Assembly: GCA_004356015.1 (NCBI GenBank)
Contig: SMYD01000194.1
Span: forward strand, 1-58,338
Source: Acidobacteriota bacterium
GTDB lineage: Bacteria; Acidobacteriota; Polarisedimenticolia; SMYD01
Direction of reading: 5' to 3'
Length of the DNA stretch: 58,338 bases
Of this stretch, positions 32,972 to 45,215 are shown in pieces; position 1 is the first letter of the stretch; every line of letters begins with the position of its first letter. The position numbers and the translations under genes are program-made. Under the pieces are notes generated by a model that made no database searches, was not told the origin of the DNA, and worked only from the letters and a program-made list of their open reading frames with translations.

Positions 32972-34507
32972 ATGGCTGATATCAAAATTGGAGAGATCAC
33001 CAAACTCCTCAGAGAGGAGATCCATGGCTTCACCTCCGACATCGACGTGGCCCAGGAAGGGACCATCGAATCGGTGGGAGATGGCATCGCCCGTGTCAGT
33101 GGCCTGGACAAGGTCATGTACGGCGAGCTCCTGGATCTGCCCCACGATGTGAAGGGACTGGCTCTGAACCTGGAACAGGACAGCGTCGGTGTGGTCCTCA
33201 TGGGTGAATCGTCCCTCATCGCCGAAGGTGACAAGGTGCGCCGCACCGGCAACATCATGCAGGTGCCGGTGGGCAAGGCCATGCTGGGCCGGGTGGTGAA
33301 CGCCCTGGGCGAATCCATCGATGGCCGTGGTCCCATCGAGTCCGACGAGTCCTACGTGATGGAACGGATCGCCCCCGGCGTCGTGGATCGGCAGCCGGTG
33401 ACCATCCCTCTCCAGACGGGCATCAAGGCCATCGACGGTATGATTCCCATCGGTCGCGGTCAGCGCGAACTGATCATCGGCGACCGCCAGACCGGCAAGA
33501 CAGCGCTGGCCATCGACACTATCATCAACCAGAAGGGGACCGGCGTCGTCTGTATCTATGTGGCCATCGGTCAGAAGGCATCCACGGTGGCCCAGGTCGT
33601 GCAGACACTGGAAGAGCATGGCGCCATGGCGCACACCATCGTGCTCGCCGCCACGGCCTCCGATCCGACGCCGTTGCAATACCTGGCTCCGTTTGCCGGC
33701 TGTGCCATGGGCGAATACTTCCGTGACAACGGTGGACACGCCCTCTGCGTCTATGACGATCTCAGCAAGCACGCCGCCGCTTACCGGGAGATCTCGCTGC
33801 TCCTGCGCCGGCCGCCGGGCCGCGAGGCGTACCCGGGTGACGTTTTCTACCTGCACAGCCGTTTGCTGGAACGCGCTGCCATGCTCAGCACGGCCAAGGG
33901 CGGTGGCTCCCTGACCGCCCTGCCCATCATCGAAACACAGGCCGGTGATATCTCGACCTACATTCCCACCAATGTGGTCTCCATCACCGACGGCCAGATC
34001 TTTCTGGAGACCGACCTGTTCCACTCAGGCGTGAAGCCGGCGGTCAACGCCGGTCTCTCGGTGTCACGGGTCGGCGGCAATGCCCAGATCAAGAGCATGA
34101 AGGGCGTGGCCGGGACCCTGCGCCTGGAGCTGGCCCAGTACCGCGAACTGGCCGCCTTCTCACAGTTCGGCTCCGACCTGGACAAGGCCACCCAGGCCCA
34201 GTTGGCCCGGGGCCAGCGCCTGGTGGAGATCCTCAAGCAGGGGCAGTATTCGCCCCTGGCAGTGGAGAAGCAGATACTCATCATTTACGCGGCCACGGTG
34301 GGAGCCCTGGATGATCTTCAACTCGACCAGATCCGTCCCTTCGAAGCGCGTCTCAACGAGGCCATGGACAGCAGCCACCCCGAACTCCTGAAGAAAATTC
34401 TCGAGGAAGGGCGCAAAGGCAAGATTTCCAAGGAACTCGGTGCCGAGATGGTGAAGGTTCTCGACGATACCCGGGATGCCTTCCTGCGCTTGCGAGAGGC
34501 GAGTTGA
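32972..34507 (+). CDS. atpA: F-type ATP synthase subunit alpha
   Basis: [18 protein letters not shown] (P-loop), [27 protein letters not shown]. The start is set at ATG 32972 (MADIKIGEI). Confidence 0.97.
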   Translation: MADIKIGEITKLLREEIHGFTSDIDVAQEGTIESVGDGIARVSGLDKVMYGELLDLPHDVKGLALNLEQDSVGVVLMGESSLIAEGDKVRRTGNIMQVPVGKAMLGRVVNALGESIDGRGPIESDESYVMERIAPGVVDRQPVTIPLQTGIKAIDGMIPIGRGQRELIIGDRQTGKTALAIDTIINQKGTGVVCIYVAIGQKASTVAQVVQTLEEHGAMAHTIVLAATASDPTPLQYLAPFAGCAMGEYFRDNGGHALCVYDDLSKHAAAYREISLLLRRPPGREAYPGDVFYLHSRLLERAAMLSTAKGGGSLTALPIIETQAGDISTYIPTNVVSITDGQIFLETDLFHSGVKPAVNAGLSVSRVGGNAQIKSMKGVAGTLRLELAQYRELAAFSQFGSDLDKATQAQLARGQRLVEILKQGQYSPLAVEKQILIIYAATVGALDDLQLDQIRPFEARLNEAMDSSHPELLKKILEEGRKGKISKELGAEMVKVLDDTRDAFLRLREAS

Positions 34508-34508
34508 G

Positions 34509-35363
34509 TTGCCCAATACCCTCGATCTGAAGCGGCGGATCCGTTCGGTCAAGAACACCGAGCAGCTCACTCGCGCCATGAAGATGGTTGCCGCCGCGCG
34601 CCTGCGCCGCTCCCAGGAACAGATCCTGGCGGCCCGGCCGTACGCTCACCGCATGCATGAGGTGCTTGCGCGCCTGGCCTGCTGCACCGACGCCGGCCAT
34701 CATCCGCTGCTGGCCGAGCGCGGGGATGAACGGGTCGAGATCCTGGTGATCACTTCCGACCGGGGACTGTGCGGCGGTTTCAACAGCAGCATCATTCGCC
34801 GCACCGAGGCGTTCCTGGCCGAGCCCGGACGGAGTGACGCTCCGCTGCACATTGTCGGCCGGCGGGCCGCCGACTACTTCAAGGGGAAGCCGGTCACGAT
34901 TCACTCGTCCTACGCGGACGTTTTTCGTGACTTCAGCTTCACCAGGGCGCGGGAGATTGGCCAGGACATGATCCAGCGCTTCATGAAGGGTGAGCTGGAC
35001 GCCGTCTACATCATTTACAACCAGTTCAAGAGTGCCATCCAGCAGAACGTGGTGGTGGAAAAGCTCCTGCCCCTGGTGCGCATCGAGGCAGCGGCGGCCG
35101 TCCGTCATGAGTACATCTACGAGCCGCCGCCGGAGCAGTTACTGGATGCTCTGCTTCACCGCCATGTCAACGTCCAGTTGTGGGCAGCCCTGCTGGAATC
35201 CAACGCCGCTGAAAACGGCGCCCGTATGGTGGCCATGGACGCCGCCACCAAGAATGCCGGCGAGCTCATCGACAAGCTCACCCTGCAGATGAATCGTATC
35301 CGTCAGGCGGCAATCACCAGGGAGATCATTGAAGTTGTGTCCGGTTCCGACGCACTGGGCTGA
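34509..35363 (+). CDS. atpG: F-type ATP synthase subunit gamma
   Basis: LKRRIRSVKNTEQLTRAMKMVAAARLRR at the N-terminus and NRIRQAAITREIIEVVSG at the C-terminus. The start is either TTG 34509 or the ATG at 34476, which overlaps atpA. Confidence 0.9.
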   Translation: MPNTLDLKRRIRSVKNTEQLTRAMKMVAAARLRRSQEQILAARPYAHRMHEVLARLACCTDAGHHPLLAERGDERVEILVITSDRGLCGGFNSSIIRRTEAFLAEPGRSDAPLHIVGRRAADYFKGKPVTIHSSYADVFRDFSFTRAREIGQDMIQRFMKGELDAVYIIYNQFKSAIQQNVVVEKLLPLVRIEAAAAVRHEYIYEPPPEQLLDALLHRHVNVQLWAALLESNAAENGARMVAMDAATKNAGELIDKLTLQMNRIRQAAITREIIEVVSGSDALG

Positions 35364-36890
<1,527 letters not shown>

Positions 36891-36914
36891 TTTCGCCGGC
36901 TCGCCGAGAAACTC

Positions 36915-37328
36915 ATGTCGCAAGGTCAGATTCATCTTGATGTGGTGACCCCGGAGCGCCTCGTCTTCTCCGAGGTGGTGGACGAGGTCATCCTGCCCGG
37001 CTCGGAAGGGTATCTCGGAGTGCGCCCGGGTCATGTGCCTCTCATGGTCGGCCTGGGTGTCGGCGAGTTGTCCTGGCGGCGGGGCGGCCGTCAGGACCGC
37101 ATGGCGGTGGCCATGGGTTATGCCGAGATTCTCCCCGACCGGGTGGTGGTGCTGGCCGAAACGGCTGAGCGGGCCGAGGAGATCGACGGCCAACGCGCTC
37201 TCAGCGCCCGGCGCCGCGCCGAAGAAATGCTGGCTGGGAATCCCCATAAGCAGGTGGACATCGAGCAGGCCCGGGCGGCGCAGTTGCGTGCCGCCATCCG
37301 TATCTCGGTGGCCGCCAAGAAGGAATGA
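36915..37328 (+). CDS. atpC: F-type ATP synthase subunit epsilon
   Basis: A 137-aa protein with LDVVTPERLVFSEVVDEVILPGSEGYLGVRPGHVPLM. It is the last gene of the F1 cluster. Confidence 0.9.
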   Translation: MSQGQIHLDVVTPERLVFSEVVDEVILPGSEGYLGVRPGHVPLMVGLGVGELSWRRGGRQDRMAVAMGYAEILPDRVVVLAETAERAEEIDGQRALSARRRAEEMLAGNPHKQVDIEQARAAQLRAAIRISVAAKKE

Positions 37329-38515
37329 GGTACTTCATGCACATGCGCAACCGTCTGTTCCCCGTCCTGGCGGCGGCGGCTCTGATACTCGGTGGTTGTG
37401 GTGGCGCCGCCGAGCCGGTGGTCGGCGTTGTCCTTCCGTTCACCGGTGAAGCCGCTCCCTACGGCGAACATATCCGCGAAGGGATCAACCTGGCCGTGGA
37501 AGAGGTCAACGCCACCGGCGGTGTGAAGGGGAAACCCCTGAAGGTCCTTTTCGAGGACAGTGCCACCGATGACGAGACCGGCAAGGCCGCTGCCCGGAAG
37601 CTCATCGAACAGGATCATGTGCTGGCGATCATAGGTGGGGCAACCAGTTCCGTCACCATGGCCATCCTGGAGGATGTCTGTGAGCCTGCCAAGGTGGTCC
37701 TCCTCTCGCCGGCCGCAAGTTCACCCAACCTGAGCGGTAAGTCGCCTTATTTTCTCAGGGTCTACCCCTCGGACACCCTGGAGGCGGCCCGCATGGCCGA
37801 CATGGCCGGCCATGAGTTGCGTCTGAAGAGACTGGTGATCTTTGCCGAGGCCGGTGAATACGGTCGTGGTTACAAGAAGGCGCTCATGGACCGTTACACC
37901 CGCATCAAGAACCGCAAGGTGATCAAGGTCTTCAATTTCATGCCGGGTGACCGGGACTTTGGAGCCATGATTCAGGAGGCTGCGGGCATCAATCCCGACG
38001 GGATCTTTCTCATCGGCTACATGGGCTCTGTCTCCAGCCTGGTCAATGACATCCGTGCTGCCGGCATCACCATCCCCATCCTGACCTCGGGCTCTCTCAC
38101 CGACGATTTTCCCGCGGTGGCCGGTGCGGCGGCTGAAGGCGTGCTGTTTGCCAGTCCCAGCTTCAGAGCCATCGGCAACAAGGATCAGGTGGAGAGTTTC
38201 ATCAAGGCCTTCAAGGCCCGGTATGGCCGTGAGCCCGGTGATTACGCCGCCTATGGGTACGATGCCCTGCGGGTCATGGCCCAGGTCATGGCAGCGGGGG
38301 ACAAGCTCACGCGCACCGCTGTCCACATGGCCATCCGCACGCCGGCGTCCGAGTATGAGGGGGTGACCGGCAATATCCTGTTCGGCAACGAAGGGGATGT
38401 GGTGGCTTCGCCGACGACCTTCATCATCAGTGACGGCGCCATCATGCGCTACAAAGACTACCTTGAAGCCGGTGGCACCCCGCCCGGCCAGCCGTCCGAC
38501 GGCAACGAGGACTGA
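37325..38515 (+). CDS. Periplasmic solute-binding lipoprotein, Leu/Ile/Val-binding (LivJ/type 1 PBP) family
   Basis: A lipobox-like LILGGCGG, followed by VVGVVLPFTGEAAPYGEHIREGINLAVEEVNATGGVKGKPL. The start is ambiguous among ATG 37325, 37337 and 37343. No permease or ATPase genes are adjacent. Confidence 0.82.
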   Translation: MRYFMHMRNRLFPVLAAAALILGGCGGAAEPVVGVVLPFTGEAAPYGEHIREGINLAVEEVNATGGVKGKPLKVLFEDSATDDETGKAAARKLIEQDHVLAIIGGATSSVTMAILEDVCEPAKVVLLSPAASSPNLSGKSPYFLRVYPSDTLEAARMADMAGHELRLKRLVIFAEAGEYGRGYKKALMDRYTRIKNRKVIKVFNFMPGDRDFGAMIQEAAGINPDGIFLIGYMGSVSSLVNDIRAAGITIPILTSGSLTDDFPAVAGAAAEGVLFASPSFRAIGNKDQVESFIKAFKARYGREPGDYAAYGYDALRVMAQVMAAGDKLTRTAVHMAIRTPASEYEGVTGNILFGNEGDVVASPTTFIISDGAIMRYKDYLEAGGTPPGQPSDGNED

Positions 38516-38544
38516 GGCTGCCGCCAGCAAGCGGCCTTATCCTC

Positions 38545-39273
38545 ATGCCCGAAAGACACGGCGGGACAGTCGGGCTTTCCATCGTCATTCCGGCCTTCAA
38601 CGAGGCCGGGCGCATCGCCGCCAGCCTGCGCGCCATCCTGGAGTATCTTGAGGCGGCCGGCCGCGATGGTGAGATCATCGTCGTGGACGACGGCAGCCAT
38701 GACGCCACCGTGGAGATGGTGAGTGGCATCCTTGGTGAGGGCGGCCCGCATCGGATTCTCACCGGACGCGCCAACCGCGGCAAGGGATTCTCGGTGCGGG
38801 AAGGAGCCCTGGCAGCCACCCGCCCCTGGACCCTTCTCAGTGATGCGGATCTCTCCACACCCATCGCCGAAGTGGATCGCCTGCTGATGGTAGCGATGGA
38901 GGGGGAGCTGGATCTGGTCATGGGCAGCCGGGCCCTGGCCGGATCCCGCATCGGCGTCTACCAGGGATGGCTGCGCCGCAACATGGGGCGCTCTTTCAAC
39001 CTGGTGATGCGTGCCATCATCGGCCTGCCTTTCAAGGACACCCAGTGCGGTTTCAAGCTCTGGCGAACCGCGAGCATCCGCCCGCTCCTGGGGCGGCTGA
39101 CCATCGATGGCTTTGCCTGGGATGTGGAGTTGCTGGTCCTGGCGCGCCGCGCGGGCCTGAGCCTGGCTGAGGTGCCGGTGGAGTGGAACGACGTCGAAGG
39201 GTCCAAGGTGGCCATGGTGGCCGACCCGCTGCGCATGCTGCGCGATCTTGTTCGTATCCGTCTCCGCCGATGA
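38545..39273 (+). CDS. Family 2 glycosyltransferase (polyprenyl-phosphate glycosyltransferase-like)
   Basis: LSIVIPAFNEAGRI, EIIVVDDGSHDAT, the DAD motif (LLSDADLSTP), and QCGFKLW. Confidence 0.85.
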   Translation: MPERHGGTVGLSIVIPAFNEAGRIAASLRAILEYLEAAGRDGEIIVVDDGSHDATVEMVSGILGEGGPHRILTGRANRGKGFSVREGALAATRPWTLLSDADLSTPIAEVDRLLMVAMEGELDLVMGSRALAGSRIGVYQGWLRRNMGRSFNLVMRAIIGLPFKDTQCGFKLWRTASIRPLLGRLTIDGFAWDVELLVLARRAGLSLAEVPVEWNDVEGSKVAMVADPLRMLRDLVRIRLRR

Positions 39274-42200
39274 AAGCCCTGACGGCAGGGACGATCCTGG
39301 CGCGGGCCGCCGGCGAGGGCGCCCGGCACGTGGCAGCCGCACGGGTCGGGGTGGTGCGCCTCTCGGGCGTATCCGGGTCGATGCGTACCTTGATGCTGGC
39401 CTCAGCGGCCCTGGAAGCCGGCCGCTGTCTGGTTGTCACGGCTCATGAGCGGGCCGCCAGAGCTATCTGCCAGGACCTGGAGGCGGCTCTGGTCGAACTG
39501 GCCGGGGCCGCGGGGGTGCGCTCGCCGGCGCTCCTTTCGTTCCCGGCTCTGGAAGCTGATCCCTACCAGGGAATCGCGGCCCACCCGCGTATCCTTGCGG
39601 AACGGGCCGGCACGCTGGCGGCGATCCGCCGGCTGCATCGCTGGGTCGCGGTGGCGCCCCTGGCGGCCCTGACAGCCCCTCTGCTGCCGCCGGAACAGTT
39701 CGATGCTCTCTTCATGCGTCTGCGCTGCGGCGAGGAGTTTCCGTTCGAGGCCCTGCATCTGCAGCTCGAGCGGGCGGGCTACGAACGGGTCGACCTGGCT
39801 TCATCTCCAGGGGACTGGGCGCGCCGCGGCGGCATCTTTGATATCTATCCCCCTGGCCTGGCCGATCCGGTGCGGGTGGAGCTGGAGGATGATCAGATCG
39901 CTTCGTTGCGTCTCTTTGATCCCCTCACCCAGAGGTCCCTGGAGGAGCGCTCCGAGATCGACATCCCACCGGCGCGGGAAGCCCCCCTGGATCACGAAGC
40001 CAGGAGGATTCTCAGGGAGACCCTTGAAGGCATGCCCCGCACCGGCGGGCGCCTGACGGGCACCGACCCCCTGGAGGCCCTGGCGCTGGAAGGCCGGTTC
40101 GCCGGCATCGAGTTGTGCACGGGTCTCTGGGCCGGGCGTGAAACCGACCTGCTGAGCTATGGCGACGGGGCCCTCCTGGTCCTGGATGAGCCGTACCACC
40201 TGGAAGCGGAGGCCGGCCAGCTTCTCGGCGATCTCGCCGCCGCCAGAGAGGTGACGGCGACACCACTGCCGGAGCCTTCGCGGTTGCTGCTGCCCCTTGA
40301 CCGCCTGGGGGAGCGCCTTGCCGGTGCCCGGATGGAGCTTCACGATCTGAGTCTCCAGGAGGACGAAGACGAGAGCTGCGGCCTGCAGGTGGAGGTGGCC
40401 GGACGTACCCCGCGGGCCTACAACGGCCGCCTTCTGGATTTGGTGGGCGATCTGAGCGACTGGGGTGCCGCCGGGCGTCATACCCTGCTGCTCCTGGCGA
40501 CCGAAGGATTGCTTGAGCGCACCCGGGAGGTTCTGGAGGAGCACGACCTCAATCCGGTTCTTCTGCCGGCCACCCTTCCCGCCGGTGGTGAGTTACCACG
40601 GCTGGCGCTGGCCCGGGGGCCGTTGTCACATGGATTCGAACTGGACGACCCTCCCCTGACCGTCCTCGGCGAGGGGGATATCTTCGGTGAGCGCCGGCGG
40701 AAGGCACCCCGGGGAGGGCGTCACCGCACCGCCATGTTCCGCTCCGATTTTCGCGACCTGGCGGTGGGGGATCCGGTGGTGCACATCGACCACGGCATCG
40801 GCCGCTTTCAGGGGATCCGCCGCCTGAGTGTAGAAGAAGGAGCCCGGGAGTTCATGGTTCTGGTCTATCGCCGGGAAGCGGTGCTCTATGTGCCGGTGGA
40901 CCGACTTGACCTGGTGCAGAAATATTCAGGCGTCGGCGGCAAGCTGCCCCAACTGGATCGCCTGGGAGCGCCTGGCTGGGACAGAGCGCGCAAGAAAGTG
41001 CGGCGCGAGGTCCGGGACCTTGCGGATCAACTCCTGGAGCTTTACGCCACCCGTGCCGCCCTCACAGGCCGGGCTTTTTCAGCGGACACGCCGTTCCAGG
41101 CCGAGTTCGAGGCGGCCTTCCCCTACGAGGTCACCCCGGACCAGCAACAGGCCATCGTTGATGTGTACCGGGACATGGAGTCGGGGAGATGCATGGATCG
41201 TCTCCTGTGCGGCGATGTGGGCTTCGGCAAGACCGAGGTGGCCATGCGCGCCGCCTTCAAGGCGGTGGGAGACGGCACTCAGGTGGCCATGCTGGCACCC
41301 ACCACCATCCTGGCCTTCCAGCATTTCAATACCTTGCGGGATCGTTTCGCGCCGTTCCCGGTGACCATCGAGCTCATGTCGCGCTTCACCTCGCGGACCG
41401 AACAGCGGGATGTTCTGCGACGGTTGCGCGAGGGAAGTGTGGATATCGTCGTCGGCACTCATCGCCTTCTGTCCAAAGATGTGCAGTTCAGGAACCTGGG
41501 CCTTCTGGTGGTGGATGAGGAACAGCGATTCGGTGTCTCCCAAAAGGAACGACTCAAGCAGATCAGCCGTAACGTGGATGTCCTGACGCTCACGGCCACG
41601 CCGCTGCCGCGAACTCTGCAGATGTCCATGGCCGGAGTCCGTGACATGTCGGTCATCGAAACACCACCCGAGAACCGCATGTCGATCCAGACGGTCCTTC
41701 TGCCGTTCCGCACCGGGGTCATCGCCCAGGCCATCCGGAGGGAAATCCGTCGCGACGGGCAGGTTTTCTTTGTTCACAATCGCATCGGGTCCATCGATGC
41801 CATGGCCACGGTGATACGCCGGGAGATCCCGGATGTCACCCTGGAGGTGGCCCATGGCCGCCTGGATGACAAACAGCTCGAGAGCGTGATGCTGCGCTTC
41901 ATGGCCGGTGAATTCCAGGTGCTCCTGAGCACCACCATCATCGAGAACGGCCTGGATATTCCTCGTGCCAACACCATCATCATCAATCGCGCCGATCGCT
42001 TCGGCCTGGCACAGCTCTACCAGATCCGTGGCCGGGTGGGCCGCTCCGACGTGCCGGCCTATGCCTACCTTCTCATCCCGCCGCGGCGAAAGCTCTCCGA
42101 CGTCGCGCGGCGGCGTCTCAAGGCTCTGCAGGAGTTCAGCGAACTGGGTGCCGGTTTCCGGGTGGCGGCCCGGGATCTCGAAATCCGCGGCGCCGGTGAT

Positions 42201-42773
42201 CTCCTGGGAGCGCGGCAGCATGGTCATATCGCCGCCATGGGGTTTGATCTCTACTGTCGCATGCTCGAGGCGGCGGTCCAGGAGAAGAAGGGCGGGGCGC
42301 CGCCGGCGCCGGAAGTGCGGGTGAGTGTGGATCTGCAGGTGGACTATCGCCTGCCGGAACATTTTGTCGGCGATCCCCACCAGCGCTTGATCCTTTACAA
42401 GAGAGTCGCTGCGTCTGCCGAGAGCGGCGACATGGAGAGAGTGCGCGAGGAGATCCAGGATCGGTACGGGCATTTGCCCCGGGAAGTGGAGAATCTCCTG
42501 GCCATGGCCGCCATCCGGGTGCAGGCGGAAGCACTGGGGATTGTCCAGCTGGAAGTGGCGAATGGGCGTGTGATCCTCCAGTTCGTGGAAAACGCACCTG
42601 TGGACGGAGCCCGGCTGCTGGCCTGGATCCAGTCGGGAACCGAGATCAGCCTGTCGCCGTCGGGGGTGGTGACCATGCCGGTGGACGACGACCCTGAAGA
42701 ACGGCTGGAGCAGGTGGCTGAGCTGCTGTGCCATATCCGCACGCAGGCCGCTCGTTCGTCCCAGGCCGGGTGA
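39270..42773 (+). CDS. mfd: Transcription-repair coupling factor
   Basis: CarD/RID region HIDHGIGRF, helicase motifs GDVGFGKTEVAMRAAF, VVDEEQRFGV, TATPLPRTL, GRVGRS, and the TRG region. ATG 39270 overlaps the GT2 stop (ATGA). Confidence 0.95.
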   Translation: MKALTAGTILARAAGEGARHVAAARVGVVRLSGVSGSMRTLMLASAALEAGRCLVVTAHERAARAICQDLEAALVELAGAAGVRSPALLSFPALEADPYQGIAAHPRILAERAGTLAAIRRLHRWVAVAPLAALTAPLLPPEQFDALFMRLRCGEEFPFEALHLQLERAGYERVDLASSPGDWARRGGIFDIYPPGLADPVRVELEDDQIASLRLFDPLTQRSLEERSEIDIPPAREAPLDHEARRILRETLEGMPRTGGRLTGTDPLEALALEGRFAGIELCTGLWAGRETDLLSYGDGALLVLDEPYHLEAEAGQLLGDLAAAREVTATPLPEPSRLLLPLDRLGERLAGARMELHDLSLQEDEDESCGLQVEVAGRTPRAYNGRLLDLVGDLSDWGAAGRHTLLLLATEGLLERTREVLEEHDLNPVLLPATLPAGGELPRLALARGPLSHGFELDDPPLTVLGEGDIFGERRRKAPRGGRHRTAMFRSDFRDLAVGDPVVHIDHGIGRFQGIRRLSVEEGAREFMVLVYRREAVLYVPVDRLDLVQKYSGVGGKLPQLDRLGAPGWDRARKKVRREVRDLADQLLELYATRAALTGRAFSADTPFQAEFEAAFPYEVTPDQQQAIVDVYRDMESGRCMDRLLCGDVGFGKTEVAMRAAFKAVGDGTQVAMLAPTTILAFQHFNTLRDRFAPFPVTIELMSRFTSRTEQRDVLRRLREGSVDIVVGTHRLLSKDVQFRNLGLLVVDEEQRFGVSQKERLKQISRNVDVLTLTATPLPRTLQMSMAGVRDMSVIETPPENRMSIQTVLLPFRTGVIAQAIRREIRRDGQVFFVHNRIGSIDAMATVIRREIPDVTLEVAHGRLDDKQLESVMLRFMAGEFQVLLSTTIIENGLDIPRANTIIINRADRFGLAQLYQIRGRVGRSDVPAYAYLLIPPRRKLSDVARRRLKALQEFSELGAGFRVAARDLEIRGAGDLLGARQHGHIAAMGFDLYCRMLEAAVQEKKGGAPPAPEVRVSVDLQVDYRLPEHFVGDPHQRLILYKRVAASAESGDMERVREEIQDRYGHLPREVENLLAMAAIRVQAEALGIVQLEVANGRVILQFVENAPVDGARLLAWIQSGTEISLSPSGVVTMPVDDDPEERLEQVAELLCHIRTQAARSSQAG

Positions 42774-42810
42774 AGTGCAGCCTGAAGGGGGTGTAGAATG
42801 GAGGATAGCC

Positions 42811-44034
42811 ATGAACAACGCATTTCCAGGTAAGACCCGCTGGATCGGTCTCGCTGCCCTGCTCCTGCTGGTGGCCACGGCCACCGGCGCTCCCGGCGCT
42901 GAAATCATCGAGGAAATCGCTGCAAGGGTGAATGATTCCATCATCGTGCGCAGCGAAGTTCAGGATCGCCGGGCCGCCCTCGTGCGGCAAATCGAGGAGG
43001 AAATGCCGCCGGAAGAGCGGGAAGAAACCCTGGCCCGGGCCCAGGAGGATGTCCTCTTCGACATGATCAACCAGGAGTTGCTGCTGCAGCGGGCCCGGCT
43101 CCAGTTCGACATGGACAAGTACTTCGACAATCTGCAAAAGGACTTCATGCGGAAAAACGAGATCAGCAGCCAATCGGAGCTGGATCTTTTCCTGAAAAAC
43201 TCGGGATTGACGTCCAGCGAGTTCCGCCGCCTTCTGCTGCGTTCCAACGTACCCCAGGATGTGCTGCAGTTCGATGTCGCCCGCAAGCTGGTAGTGACCA
43301 CCGAGCAGATTCAGGCTTACTACGACGAGAACCCGGACCGGTTCCTCCTGCCCGGAAAGGTGTCGCTGGGTGAGATCGTCATCCTGGCCGACTCCCGGGG
43401 CAGGGAAGAAGCCCTGGTCCTGGCCTTGGATGCGGTGGCGCGGGTTCGTGTCGGCGAGTCCTTCGATCAGGTGGCCCGTGATCTCTCAGAAGCACCATCC
43501 AAAGAGAAGGGCGGCAACGTCGGGCCGTTCGAGACCGGCGATCTGGCCCCAAACCTGGAGGCGCAGGCGTTTTCCCTGCCTCTGGGGACGGTGAGCGAGC
43601 CCATGGAAACCAGTTATGGCTATCACATCATGACCGTGATCTCCCGGACCGATGCCGGCCTGGCCCCCCTTGCTGAAGTTCGCGAGGAGGTCGAGCGTAC
43701 CCTGCGCCAGAAGAAGTACGGGGAAGATCTTGACATCTTCCTGGGTAAGTTATGGGTGGACAACCAGGTGGTGGTCAATCCAAGGTACGCCACCGGTAAA
43801 CTGGCTGATGGCGGACCCTACGCCACTCTTGAGGCCATTCTCTCCGGCGATAAACCGCTGGGGCCCCATCCTGAGGACCAGACAGGGGAGGACGCTGGCG
43901 ACCCCCCGGAGTTGCAGCCGGCCACCGATGACCTCTCTTCTCGGGATGCGGCAGTGCCGGCCGGGGATACAGCGCCGGATACCGAGGCACCGGTCGGGGA
44001 TGCCGGGACACCCCATGAGGGTCCGTCGAGGTGA
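42811..44034 (+). CDS. SurA/PrsA-like peptidyl-prolyl isomerase (parvulin domain) with a signal peptide
   Basis: Signal-like WIGLAALLLLVATATGAPGA, the SurA N-domain pattern IAARVNDSIIVRSEV, and the parvulin core GGNVGPFETGDLAPNLEAQAF..GYHIM. The C-terminal tail is acidic, Pro-rich and low-complexity. A GGAGG RBS precedes ATG 42811. Confidence 0.8.
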   Translation: MNNAFPGKTRWIGLAALLLLVATATGAPGAEIIEEIAARVNDSIIVRSEVQDRRAALVRQIEEEMPPEEREETLARAQEDVLFDMINQELLLQRARLQFDMDKYFDNLQKDFMRKNEISSQSELDLFLKNSGLTSSEFRRLLLRSNVPQDVLQFDVARKLVVTTEQIQAYYDENPDRFLLPGKVSLGEIVILADSRGREEALVLALDAVARVRVGESFDQVARDLSEAPSKEKGGNVGPFETGDLAPNLEAQAFSLPLGTVSEPMETSYGYHIMTVISRTDAGLAPLAEVREEVERTLRQKKYGEDLDIFLGKLWVDNQVVVNPRYATGKLADGGPYATLEAILSGDKPLGPHPEDQTGEDAGDPPELQPATDDLSSRDAAVPAGDTAPDTEAPVGDAGTPHEGPSR

Positions 44035-45215
44035 CGGGTGCGTCTCCATCTCCTGAGAAGGTTCACGGTAGCGCTGAGAAGTTTCCCGGGCAGCCGCTGC
44101 GTGTGGCAGGCTGGACCATCCGTCCCAATCTGGTCATGGCTCCTCTGGCAGGGCTGACGGATCCCTATTTTCGTGCGGTGATCCGTCGCCTCGGTGGCTG
44201 CGGTCTCATCGTGACTGAGATGGTTTCTTCCGAAGCGCTCACCCGGGGAAACGACAGGGAACTGCGCAAGATGCGCTTGCGGCAGGATGAGAGTCCCCTG
44301 TCGGTACAACTCATCGGTGGCAATCCCGACCGGATGGCCATCGCTGCCGCCATGGCCGAAGATGCCGGCGCCGACTTCGTGGACGTCAACATGGGGTGCC
44401 CGGTGCGCAAGGTGGTCAGGGGAAATGCCGGCGCGGCTCTCATGCGTGATACAGGCGTGGCCCGGCAAATGCTGACGAAGATGAAGAAGGCTCTTCGAAT
44501 TCCCTTGACCGTCAAGATCCGGGCGGGCTGGAAACAAGGAGAAGGCTCAGCGCTGGAGATGGCACGCCTGGCGGAGGATTGTGGTGTCGCGGCCATCGCC
44601 GTCCATCCCCGCAGCCGCGCCCAGGCATTCAGGGGAGCCGCTGACTGGAACGTCATCGCGGAAGTCCGCGCCGGAGTTTCCATTCCTGTCATCGGCAACG
44701 GGGATGTGCGCACGGTGGAGGATGCCGATCGCATGGAAAAGGAAACCGGATGTCACGGGGTCATGATCGGCCGTGGCGCCCTGCTCAACCCGTTCATCTT
44801 CAACCAGATTGTTGACCACCGCAGCCGCGGCACCTACCGCTGGCTCGAACCGGATGAGATCCGCGGCATCATTCTCGAGCAGTTCCACGCGATCCTGGCT
44901 GGCGAGGATGAGAAAAACGCCATGCACAAGATGCGCACCTTCGCCGGTTGGTATTCTCGCGGTATTCCCGGGGGGGTTGAACTGCGCCGGCGCATCAACC
45001 ATATTCGGGATCCAAGGGCTTTCATCGAGGTTGTGGAATCCATTCTCAGTGGCGGGGAACTCGATCTTGATCCCCGGCGAGGACCGTCGTACAATGTGTC
45101 TAAGGGTCGCCGCATGGACCCGAACACCAGGATAGATCACATCACAGAAGGTTCGCGCCCAGGGCGTGGATCCCATGCAGAGACGGAGTCGGGGACATGT
45201 CCAACCGCCAGTTGA
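44031..45215 (+). CDS. dus: tRNA-dihydrouridine synthase
   Basis: VMAPLAGLTDPYFR, VDVNMGCPVRKV, TVKIRAGW, VHPRSR, GNGDV. The GTG start overlaps the upstream stop (GTGA). Confidence 0.9.
   Translation: MTGASPSPEKVHGSAEKFPGQPLRVAGWTIRPNLVMAPLAGLTDPYFRAVIRRLGGCGLIVTEMVSSEALTRGNDRELRKMRLRQDESPLSVQLIGGNPDRMAIAAAMAEDAGADFVDVNMGCPVRKVVRGNAGAALMRDTGVARQMLTKMKKALRIPLTVKIRAGWKQGEGSALEMARLAEDCGVAAIAVHPRSRAQAFRGAADWNVIAEVRAGVSIPVIGNGDVRTVEDADRMEKETGCHGVMIGRGALLNPFIFNQIVDHRSRGTYRWLEPDEIRGIILEQFHAILAGEDEKNAMHKMRTFAGWYSRGIPGGVELRRRINHIRDPRAFIEVVESILSGGELDLDPRRGPSYNVSKGRRMDPNTRIDHITEGSRPGRGSHAETESGTCPTAS

Noticed and set aside
41079-42944. A 621-aa ORF antisense to mfd
   Set aside because: It is a shadow ORF opposite a fully motif-supported Mfd gene, with no motif content of its own.
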